This document shows positions 1 to 10,888 of a DNA stretch of 43,952 nt, one piece after another; position 1 is the first letter of the stretch, and each line of letters opens with the position of its first letter. The stretch spans positions 1 to 43,952 of the forward strand of contig ML002311.1 in the NCBI GenBank assembly GCA_003614675.1, given 5' to 3'. Position numbers and translations under genes: made by a program. Source of the stretch: Dimargaris cristalligena. Taxonomy: Eukaryota. Under the pieces are notes generated by a model. That model searched no databases. It was given only the letters and a program-made list of their open reading frames with translations, and was not told where the DNA came from.

Positions 1-612
1 CTTGCTATAATATTGCAAGGCTATAAAATAATAAATCAGGACTTCGTTGATAAAAGGATATAAAAATAGAAAAGGAATACTATGGTTAACTAAGTGGTCT
101 CAGGTCCTACCACAACATTTCAGTTATGGCCATATGCAGCTTTCAACAGCGTATCCCGTTAGATCTGCGTACTTAAGCAGCTGTCAGTTAATTTAGTACT
201 GAGGTGGGTGACCACTTGGGAATAGTTAATGCTATAACTTTTATATTTTAGATGATATAGGGCTCGATTAAATAAATCACATTTGCATTTTACTTGGAAG
301 TGGCGGTTGGTTCCATGGGTTGAAAGTAATTGGCAGGTCTGCACTTATTTGCATTGGTCCCATTTGCAATACTGGCTAATAGAGCAGCAAGAACTTTTTA
401 TAATAAAGTGGGGAGGGGGGGGGGGAGTTTCAAATTTCAATCTCACCTCGGGTTAGCTACTAAATTGCGCTAAATTTAAAGAATCAAAATGATCGCCTCG
501 GCGAGTTACAAATTGGGGTAACCGGAAGCTGATAGTGACTTTTACTTAAAATTTCTCGAGCGAAGAATAGAGGTGCTGTTTTATATGGCACCCCAGCAAT
601 GGTAGGCTTGAA

Positions 613-2306
613 TTAAGAATCAGTGATTAAAGACTGGTTCAAGTGACGGACGAAACGGGGGCCAAAAATATCGACCAATATGTTATACTTCTCATCCTGA
701 GTCAGGGAGCGGGTTTGGCTCAAATCAGTCTTGACCACGGGGGTGAATAGGGAAGAATCGTGAAGGGGCTGACATTCCGGTTCGGGCAATAGATAGAGAC
801 AGAGGGCTTCGATACATTTCATTCTAAATAGGGTGGGTGATACATAATATATGTGGTGTGGGAGAATGTGTGTAGACGTGGAGAGGGGGGTTAGAGTTAC
901 AATAATATGAGCTTTATAGGGCAATATGCAAATGAACATGCTATTTTCATTTTAAATATATAGTTTATGAAGGATTCCTTGATTTACCTTATGACGTTGC
1001 TATGGTTGGGCGATAGTAGAAGACGATGGATGGCAAACAAACAGCGGCATTTTTCTAGAGTCTTTTTGGGGAAGAATGCAAAAGAATGGACCAACTCGTT
1101 AGTGATGGATCAAAAAGTAGATATATATTATTGACTTTGGTATATTATATAAACCGATTATTACACCTCGGTGGCACATTAATAGCAAGCCCCATTACTT
1201 ACTCGGAGAGTGGGGGGGAAACCCACGGTCAAACTGTTGATGGACTGGATCGTTTGGATCACAATCAGTTTATTGTCGTGGAAAAGCAGGGACTTTAGGG
1301 TCTGTGGGTGTGTTGGTCAAGGATGGAAGGTAAACAAACAAACAAAAAAAGGGTTAGGGCTTATTTAACCATAGCCAGTAGTTTTATAAGCGGGGTATTG
1401 GTCAGTGTCCAATTATGGGGGGAATTGCAGCATTGCCCTTATACCGGTTGTTTACCGAGTATAATTCCCAATGGGTGGAAAAATAATAGCAAACCGACGT
1501 ATTAAATATTTAGTTAGACGGCGAGTTATATATATATATAAACAGGTGCCGAGGGGGGTAAATTCCTACTTCAAATTTAGTGGGGTCGGCGTAGACTACT
1601 CGGAACGGAGGGAAGTGAAGACAGAGGCCCTCGATTATCTGTAAGGCTACTAAAAGATTTCGATCGGCCGTGTCTCGGTCTATAGTTTTACGGTTCAATT
1701 AATCATGCACAAAATGATGCTATTAGTCGTCGATTACACAGGATTTAACTCGGTATCATTGGGATGGGGTATGTTAGGGATATATGGCATGGCTGAATAT
1801 AGGGGGATTACCTTTCGGCTGGGCAGCCCGTTCTGAGATCAGAGAATATAAATGGGTATGTAAATCTTCGGAAAGGGACCATGGCGCGTTTTATAATCCA
1901 ATCGGCATATTTGGTAAGGTGGGTTAGAATAATGGCACTCCGTGGAGACTGGTTCAGAATATATTTATATATACCTCTCCCCAAATGGGCAAAACCTACC
2001 TAAACAGGGATAGTGGCGGGTCGGGTCTGGGATTGGAGCCGCCAAGTTTGAGGTTCGGTCCAGGAGGCCCCGGAGCACCGTCTGGAGTAGAGCGGTAGAG
2101 CGCCTGCTATCCAAGTCGGACACCTGGTGGCCACGGAAAATAATAATAAATTAAAGGGTTGGTGGTGGTTACTAATGGGCCGGAGGGAAATGGGTATGAG
2201 GTGACTTGGCAGGCTCAGACTAGGAGGGGGTTTCGTGCTTGTGGCGGGAGAAGGCCTGGGTGTTTACCTGTCGCAGGGAAGTGGATAGACTGATGAGCGA
2301 TTCCAT
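613..2306 (-). CDS. cdc14: Septation initiation network component Cdc14-like protein (S. pombe Cdc14 family, not the Cdc14 phosphatase), ~236 aa, 7 exons: 2306-2268, 2123-2000, 1865-1812, 1679-1570, 1301-1203, 1061-988, 823-613
   Basis: All six introns are GT..AG with consistent phases (711 nt total). The spliced protein MESLISLSTSLRQ...NLLVALQIIEGLCLHFPPFRVVY...TLEKCRCLFAIHRLLLS...IRMKCIEALCLYLLPEPE resembles the remembered fungal SIN-Cdc14 pattern (MESLLSLA...ALDLLQGVLLLHPPSR...KLKLVEFLYFYLMPE). ATG context is caaccATGg. Confidence 0.75.
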
Positions 2307-3169
2307 GGTTGGTGGATATAAAAATACAGGTAACTTAGGGTTTTTTTATTTGTGTAAAGGAAAGTAAAGGTATACGTGAATGGGCGGGGTCAGGGGGACC
2401 GGAGAATAGAGAGATGCGAGAGGCCATGGGGACAATCTACGTTCCGGGTCAAACTGGTTCAGCCCAGAGTTAGTGACCCCTTACCCCGTATTTTAGGAGC
2501 AAGGACTACTACTATACACACCCCATTAGTGTCCCTAATAGGGGGTTAAGGCGGGGATGGCACAGACGAATAACTATAGTTTTTTTGGGAAAGATGGAGT
2601 GTGAAATAGTAAACAAAGTAAAGGCCAATCACAGAGGTCGGCGGAGTCCCAATGGTCGTCAGGCCGACCTCAGTAATTAATTATGGAAGCGCGGGGTATC
2701 GGCCGGTTAATAGTCGTGCGCGTACCTTTCCTTCGCGGCTGACGCGTGAGGGGTAGAGTAGTGGTGATATATTCTAGCCTAGTGTTGGCCGGCTTTACTA
2801 TTCTCTCTACCTACCTTTCTTTCGCATGTAACATACATATAGATTCTTTTTCAACTTGCTGTGTTTTAGCCCTGTCTGATTCTTTACTCATATTGTTTCC
2901 GAGCTACCCGCGCTTTACATTGAATATACCGTCGAGACAGGTGGCTATCTCGCCTATATCCGAACCCCCCCTCTGTACCGAGCGCCCACTAGTTTGCCCC
3001 CCTCTATAGCCCTACTAGATACTGCTGCTTCCCACCGAGTGGATCCTCCCACCCCAAGCCTACTCGGTCATTCCATTGACCCACTCCCACTGAGACGGTC
3101 TCCTAACTCCCCCCCCCCCACACGCACACACACACTTCGTAGCGCCGAATTGCCCCCCCCTCGCGATCC

Positions 3170-4743
3170 ATGCAATCCCCTCATCCTAATGACATGCCCA
3201 TGCCCCCTCGTGGGCCGTCGCACACGACCCTTTCCCAATACAATGCTTCCCGTATGAGCTCCGCCGACCCACGGTCGGAGGGACTTCGGAGTCCCTTGGA
3301 CCAACGTGGCCCGACTCCCATAAATGGTAGCCGATACGCCCCTACCATACGTGGCTCGGCCATGCCCATGCCTATGCCCGACTCCCAACCACCGCCTCCC
3401 ATGTCGTCCGACTTCCACCAGCACCAATATCATCAGCAGCAGCAACAGCAGGCGGCAATGCATGCTTCGTATCACCCGTCGATGGGTAACCCCAGTATGG
3501 CCATTGACCCTCTGAATATGCCCCACCCTATGCCAACCCCCCAACCCCCACCGCAACTGTCGCAACACCATATGCCGGAACCAAACGATGGGCACGTCCC
3601 CCAAATCCCGTACGACGACGCCGGAGTTCCCGGGGTATACAGTCAACTCCAACTAGCCAACGAACCCCCGTTTGACCACATCATGCACGAACCACCCCCA
3701 CCACCACCACCACACCTACAATCGATTCATCCGGATGGACCGTTCCCTTCAGTACCATTGGGTTCCGGGGTTGGGAATGGAAATGGGCTGCATCATCCCG
3801 TACCGTTCCACCCCCAAAGTCAATCGCCCGCTTTCGACGGGCGGATCCATATGCCCGAACCCGGGGCCATCATGAGCAGCGAAATGAACCCCAACCTATC
3901 CCAACGTCCCCCATCGGCCATTCCCCTGGGCCTCCCGATTGACCGGCCGGCCGTTAGCCCCCCTCCGCTGGGCCTGATGGACCGGTTTTTCAACGTGATC
4001 CGACCCCCGCCTGATGGATACGTGGGCGTCAATTACCCCCCGAACCACCCCTACCACGACGTGTCGGGCGGCAAACACCACGCCCAACTGGCCCGCTATG
4101 CCTGGATGCGGCGCTACTGCCTCATTATCTTCATCTCCATTTCCGTGATCCTGCTGGTCGTGGTGGCCCTATTGCTTTATTTGGCTTTAAGCAAGAATGG
4201 CCAGCCGTGCGGACCGGCCTGTTTAGGGGTGGGTGCGCCCGGATTATACTTGGCGGATTCGGGACAGGCCCACCGTATATCGGTTCTGAATAACACTTGT
4301 CAGGTTTATAGCGAGGATGATGTTTACTACGCAGCTATGGTAAGTTGACCGTTATTGTTTTTTATAGTGATCGGTATCGGCTGTTTCATTTTCATGTATA
4401 TATTTTTTTCGGGTGCCTTGGCATTACTTATTGGATACGACTACCGCCCCCACCTCTCTAACCCTCCCTGTGAATCATTGTGGACTTTCTTTATATATAT
4501 ATATATATATATATTCCTACTCGTTAGAACCTCGACCAGTTCGGCGATTACAGCAATGCTACCAATAGCCCCACATGCGGCAAATGTATTCGTGTTTACG
4601 GACCAGGAGGGACTGTACAGGCCAAATTGGTGGACCAATGTACCTACTGCTCATATGGTTCAATCGCTCTAAGTAGCTCAGCCTATTCGGTCATTGCCGA
4701 TACTTCGGATCGCATCATTCCCGTTCGATGGGAGGGGTGTTAA
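3170..4743 (+). CDS. Type II membrane protein with a Pro/His/Gln-rich N-terminus, one TM helix and a C-terminal RlpA-like double-psi beta-barrel (expansin/loosenin/barwin-like) domain; ~461 aa; exons 3170-4339 and 4528-4743
   Basis: The 392-aa ORF has a GTAAGT donor at 4340. The TTAG acceptor at 4527 gives in-frame NLDQFGDYSNATNSPTCGKCIRVYGPGGTVQAKLVDQCTYCSYGSIALSSSAYSVIADTSDRIIPVRWEGC*, which fits the DPBB pattern (CGKC.V.GP.G.V...VD.C..C..G.LDLS..AF..IA......I.W). The TM segment YCLIIFISISVILLVVVALLLYLAL follows WMRR. Confidence 0.85.
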
Positions 4744-5524
4744 TCCACAACGAACCCCCCCCCCCTGTTTATTTTTGCTTCATGGTATCTTACTAGTACT
4801 CCCATTTGTTGTGTTATTCAGTATATATATATTTGGACATGCTGCCTACTGGATGTATCCTTCAGCTCTATTACAATCGCTGGGCCGTATCCAGCTTGCC
4901 CATGGCCTCTAATCCCTCTCCCCCTCCCCTTCTTTGTATTTTAGCAACCACCTTTTAATTGTTTTTACATAGTACCTTTTTAGTGGATCTAAGCACCTCA
5001 CAGATTGGGTGCCCGTACTTTCCGTTTTGCTCGCACATAATCCTATTATATATAGCTGGCCCTGCCCTTGGGCAGGCCTAGCCGCTTCATAATTTGACAT
5101 TTCATTTTACTATTACCCATCTAATAAAATAGGCCCCATTTTATCATTCCATCCTTTCTCTCTCTCTCTCTCTCTCGCCTTGCCTCATTTCCCCTCACAT
5201 AAAAATACACAACCATACACTGGGCCTGGGAAACAGGGCCTCCGATCCGTCCACATAAATCCATCATGGGACTTTTTCAACCCATCCAAATCATCAAAGC
5301 ATCCCCATGCGGCTGTGACTGGCGATGGAGTCCCCCAAACAGTTAGTGGCCCGCACAACAGCCGCTCATTTTAAAGACCGTCACAGCGCAGGCCTATCCT
5401 CCCCAACTAAGTTCTTCGTTTGTCTCATTCCCTTACCAGTTCGAACTAGCCCACCTCAGCCGTCTTCCACCCTTATTATTACGCCTGTACGTTACTTACC
5501 CGTTAAACGTCCGTCACCATCACC

Positions 5525-7284
5525 ATGTCCAACGAGGTAAGTGGGCTTAGCCAATGTACTGTACTCTCTCATGAGAAGCGCGGCAGGCCGCCTAAACCAG
5601 TAGCCCCAGTCTGTACTCTCTATGAACGAACCCAGGGAGTCCATATATTGGTGGTACTATGTGCGCATTTTTATTTTACCTCTTCGACGTACGAACATAC
5701 ACCCCCTCCCCTCCATTTTAACCCCACTAGTCCGGCTTCCACTTGGTTTGGAATATATATTCTTCCTCTACAGAAGGGCGCCGATATTGTGCTATACAGC
5801 TACTTCCGCTCGAGTAGCTCCGCACGTTTGCGTATCGCTCTCAACTGGAAGAAAATGCCCTATCTGATGCGCCCCATCAACCTACTCAAGGGCGAACAGG
5901 TAGGTTTAGCCTATACACACCCACCCACATGCATACACTTTCTCTCCCGCCTTTTCTCTTTGCATACTCTCCATTAATCAATATCTTGACTGATGGAAAC
6001 AAAGGGCACTTAGCTCAGAGTGGGGTGGAGGTGAGATTATATAAAAATGAAGTGACTTAAATATATAATTATACTATACGTACCCAACCATAGAGATCCG
6101 CCGAATATGCCGAAATCAACCCGAACAGGTCGGTTCCCACCCTTATTGTCAATGATGTGAAGCTGGTCCAGTCGGTCGCTGCGCTGGAATACCTAGAGGA
6201 CCTTTATCCCGGTAAGCCATCCCATATACAATATTATTATTTTAAAAAAAAACGCCGGATTGTCAGTATAGTAACTAGTATAGGCCGTCTGAATATCTCT
6301 CACACCATTACTAATATTTACTTGGTATTCCATACTCTTATTGCACCTAGGATATCCGCTTCTCCCGCTGAACCCAGAGTCCCGGGCCAAGGTAATAAAC
6401 ACTAACCTCGTATTGTTAATGCTGGGTCTGGGAATGAGCAATGGTTGGGAGAGGGTCGATGATCGACTATATTCAGTGATATTATATGCCTATTTTATTA
6501 TTTTAGTGCGCCTATACCAAAGACTTGAAGCGCGGTACATTTCCTATATGTCATCTAAAATGTAACTTGGCTCTGCTATCGCTTTTGGTTTGGGTTGTGA
6601 TTATTGTAGATCCGGGAAATCGTCCAGGTTATTGTTTCTGATATTCAGCCCGTTCAGAATTTCCGAGTTCTCCAGAAAGTAGACCAAGCCGAACGGACCG
6701 AATGGGCGAAAAATACCATTGAGAAAGGGTTTGAAGGTAGGCGACATTGCCCCTCTGATATATACTTAAGGATTGGATGATTTGAATGGATATATTAGGT
6801 TATGCGGGGTCTCTATTGATCGAATCCCCGATATCTATTCTAATTGCAGTGTATATTATTGACCGCACCGCCCCTCCTAGCTCTCGAAACAATGCTCGTC
6901 CCGGTAGCGTCCCAGTACTGCGTTGGGAGCAGTGTGACTCTGGCCGATGTGTGCCTGGCTCCCCAAATGTGGAACGCGCAGAGGTAAGCGCGTATCTAAG
7001 TTACTCCTTTGCTAAGCGAACTGATAGTTTGGTTAGTAGAATTCTAATTGACCAGTCCATTTGGATAAATTCATGATAATTAATTAATATTCCTTTACCC
7101 GGGATCCCCCTCTACACACACACACACACACCACCTGGCTTCCTGTTTACCCAGATTCGGAGTTGACCTCGATCGGTTCCCTACGATTGGACGAGTCTGC
7201 CACAACCTGATGGAGTTGGAGGAGTTCCGTGCGGCCCACTGGCAGAACCAGCCCGACTGTCCCCCCGAATTGAAAGGGCAGTAG
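5525..7284 (+). CDS. maiA: Glutathione S-transferase zeta / maleylacetoacetate isomerase, ~218 aa, 7 exons: 5525-5536, 5774-5899, 6094-6211, 6351-6391, 6610-6736, 6881-6983, 7155-7284
   Basis: Spliced motifs are [90 protein letters not shown] and AAHWQNQPDCP. All introns are GT-AG with consistent phases. Confidence 0.93.
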
Positions 7285-7825
7285 GATAATGAGGCCCCCC
7301 TATACTATATCCCTATTTTCCTAGATAGTAAGCGATATACTCTCTACGAATCCGACTTTAATTAATGGATTATCAGTATCTTTTTTTATGGAGTTTCCTA
7401 GGCTATGGCCTCACCCATATCGTTCACTCTCATCACTTGAATTTGACCTGATTTTTTTTTGTGAGTGTCCTTTAATTTCGGGCCGGTTCAAGGTAACTTT
7501 ATCCTCCCCCGTTTTGTTCCTAAGCCGGGTGTGAAGTGGCGTTAGTATATGGTTCACGCGCACGAGGGGGGTATTCGTAAGCATCTGCTTGGCCGCCAAG
7601 GCATTGGTGGTCAACTAGCCAACTATTATTTATTGATCATGGGGTAAAGTAGTGGAATCGTGTGCTTGCTAATAAAATGATGTACCCATTCAATATTAAT
7701 TTATGATATACACCTTTTGATTCGCTTTCCTATGCTGACAAAGGCCAAACACAAGGGATATACGCTCCTACTTGGCATATCTTGGTAGCCGTGAAATCAT
7801 ATAGAAAGGGCAGGAAGAGAGGTGG

Positions 7826-7897
7826 TCGTAGTAGTGGTAATAGTAATAGCAATAGTAATAGTAATAGTAATAGCAATAGTGGTGGTAGTGGTGGTGG
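7826..7897. repeat. Imperfect (TAGTAA/TAGCAA)n hexamer and (GGT)n simple repeat
   Basis: gtagtagtggtaatagtaatagcaatagtaatagtaatagtaatagcaatagtggtggtagtggtggtgg. Confidence 0.85.
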
Positions 7898-8135
7898 CTA
7901 GTAAGTAGCGTAAAATCGCCTCGCTGAAACGCGACTCACTTTCGCCAAGCTAGCTCGATTGGCTAAGTCGCCCTATCTATTTCCTTGGCATTGGCGTATT
8001 TTTCTACCAAGGTCTCTTGATCATCTATTTCGCCAATATTGCCGCCATTTACTCGTTTCTAGGCGAAACCTCGGCATCCTCCTCCTCCTCTTTTGGGTGA
8101 CTCCTCTTCCTCTATCCAATCAACGAACCGGCATC

Positions 8136-8169
<34 letters not shown>

Positions 8170-8978
8170 CACATCCATTAGAAATATGAAGGACATATTA
8201 AAATTAATAATCCCGGATACACAGGTATGAGTGCGACATTGCTACAGCTTAACCAGGTGCAGTACTTCCTCCTATGCCTCGCAGCCCTCTCCCCTTATAT
8301 ATCCCCTTCGTGTACACTCTTTGGGACTGAGACCTGGGCGCTGGTGGAACTCCCCATTTGCACTCCCCCTCCTGGAGTCCCGCCGACCTTATTCATTAAG
8401 CCGCGCATAGGCAAGGCAAAATAAAAAGGCTTTGAAGTGAAAGTTGTGTGTGTGTGTTGTGCCATTTTGCCAATGGAGAAAGACAGAGGGAGAGTGTGTG
8501 TGCGGCTATAATAGCGCTCTTGGCTTTATTGGCTAGTGGGCAATCGTATCTACAAAAATCCCTTCTGAATTAAGAAGGGTTGGCTGAAGCATACGCTGTC
8601 TACGCATATAAAGACGAGGGATTACAAATGAAATAGAGGGGAAAAACACGCATATACGCATACATACACACATACATATATGTAAGGCCTCGGCTGGTTC
8701 GGTTTAGCCTTTGCTCGGTCTCTCTCTGTTTAGCTCGCCAATGTACAACGCAACGTATTTCTAACTCTTTTACATTCCTTTCATTCTTTTTTGGCCATTT
8801 ATCGCCCACCCCTGCCTATTTGTTTTGTAAACCACCCCGTCTAGCACTTAACTTGTACTACCCCACTTAACCTTACCCGAGTATTCCTAGCAATTAGTCT
8901 TAATTCCCCCACTATACTGTGCTACCAACCCACAATTGAAACCTCAACATACCCACCTACTCCTACACCCCCTCGCCC

Positions 8979-10888
8979 ATGTCCGATAAGCCCCTGACGG
9001 ATTCCACCTCGGACTTACCCGCTGTCCCTGGCTCCAACCACCTGGCCGCCGGAAGTCTGTCGTCACCATCGTCGTCGCTGTCCATGTCGCCAGCTTACCC
9101 TCTGGTAGAGGGGGGCCCGCCGGCTTACTTGAGTTGCCCGAGCGAACCCCGTCTGGCCGCTCGACTATCCCGGCATTTGACGCTGCGCCGGGTTTTGACG
9201 GGAATATTCATCGCCTTTACGTTGGCCTATCTGGTGCTCAGTATTGCCCAACTCGGTGAACACCCTCCACCACCACCACCGTCGGGACACCCACCACCAC
9301 GGCACTACCCATTGGGACTGCCCTCGGACCTGCGCGAGTCTAACCAACGCCCAACCCCCGAGAAACTTAATGCCACCCTATTGGCTCCCACCTCGGGTGA
9401 AAACTGGGACCCTTCGGCGGTGCCACTCGACTTCTTTGTCATGTCCAAGTGCCCAGGTAAGTACTAATTATTTGGGCTGGTTCAATTGCCTGTTATTCAC
9501 TCCCTCTTTTACTACTGTTCCGCTGAGGAGGCATGCCTTATGCTGGGAACGGGGTATACGGGGGTTGGGGGGGGGAGAAGGGTGTACATCAATGCCCCAT
9601 ACATTGTCAATGGGTTAGCCAATAATGCCTCACCCTTGCATGATGTTCGCATATATCCGCGTCCCTCGAGGGTGGTATCGGAGGCATTCCCATAGCCACT
9701 AAGAATTAGTACCTGACTAACCAGTTGTTCCTATGCTGTGGTTTATACACCCTAACGATAGACGCTGTTTTCTGCGAGAACTACTTGTACAGTATAGGTA
9801 AGCCACACCTTGATAAATATAACTACGCACTCTGTAATCAGCCCATTAACGCACCCACCCGCTTCTCTTTAACTATTAGCCGATAATTCGTACTAATCTA
9901 GCCCCCCCTGCTGTGATTCAATATAAATATTACGTTTTACCCCTTGACCACGCCTCCTTTCACGTATAGTTCAAAACCTCAAGCCCATAGTTATACCCCG
10001 GTTCCACTACATCGCCACACTTGAACCGTCCGGGGTGAAGTGCATGCATGGTCCTAATGAGGTAAAGCCCCCAACTTTAACTTTCTTATCTAATAATCCC
10101 CCTAGTTGCCCTCATCAACCCATTCCCAGTTTACTAGGGCGTAGTAGGGGAGGGGGTTAATGTCACTATCGTCCTACTGGTGAATTAAACCAGTGCGGTG
10201 CCCCTCATTGTATTCACCACTGTCCACCCTATAAATAATTATTATTGCATGTGTTCTTTCCCTTCTAGTGTGCTGGCGATATACAGCAACTTTGCGTAGC
10301 CCAGCAGTTTGGTGGGCACCAGGCCTACGATTTTGTACACTGCCAGAACCAAACACCCCACCGGATAGGGTTGGAGCGATTGGCCACTCAGTGCGCCAAA
10401 GAGACGGGGCTGGACTACCGCAAGGATATTCAGCCCTGTGTCGAGGCTAACGGGACTCGACTTCTCAAGGAGTCGGCCCAACTCGTCAAAAAAATTGGAG
10501 TTAGGTAGGTATTATAGAAGCAATGCTATCAACTTCTCCTTGCCCCCCTGTTTCATTGTATACACCACACCCATGGGCGGTTCGCCCTGTGGCGGTGGTG
10601 ACGTTTAATCCATTACATAATGTACTTAAAAGTATCTATGCGATTTTATTACAGGGAGGTTTGTTATCTAATCACTTTCACCTTCTGATGTATCGACCCT
10701 TGAAACCAATATCCCCCCAATGCAGCACGAGCTGTACCATGTACGTGGACCATAAATTCCACTGTATCTACGAATCCGGCTGGCAAACCTGCCCCGGAGG
10801 CCATTCCGAAAAGGACTTTACGCGGGCCATTTGCAAGGCCTACCGGGGCCATTCCCATAATAAACCCAAAGCATGCCAAGGCCTATAG
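8979..10888 (+). CDS. GILT (gamma-interferon-inducible lysosomal thiol reductase)-like protein with N-terminal signal-anchor, ~334 aa, 5 exons: 8979-9456, 9762-9797, 9970-10061, 10269-10504, 10726-10888
   Basis: Spliced VPLDFFVMSKCPDAVFCE and KCMHGPNECAGDIQQLC match the GILT signature CxHGxxECxxNxxxxC (with N to D). The C-terminus is Cys-rich (SCTMYVDHKFHCIYESGWQTCPGG...ICKAY). The TM segment is RRVLTGIFIAFTLAYLVLSIAQL. Confidence 0.85.

Noticed and set aside
3068-4087. Several antisense and alternative-frame ORFs over the Pro-rich gene (e.g. 3068-3652 minus)
   Set aside because: Shadows of a GC-rich low-complexity coding sequence with no protein-like motifs.
6004-6030. GGGCACTTAGCTCAGAGTGG resembles a tRNA 5' end / A-box inside GST intron 2
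   Set aside because: No T-loop (GTTCRA) or complementary acceptor stem follows before the next exon at 6094.
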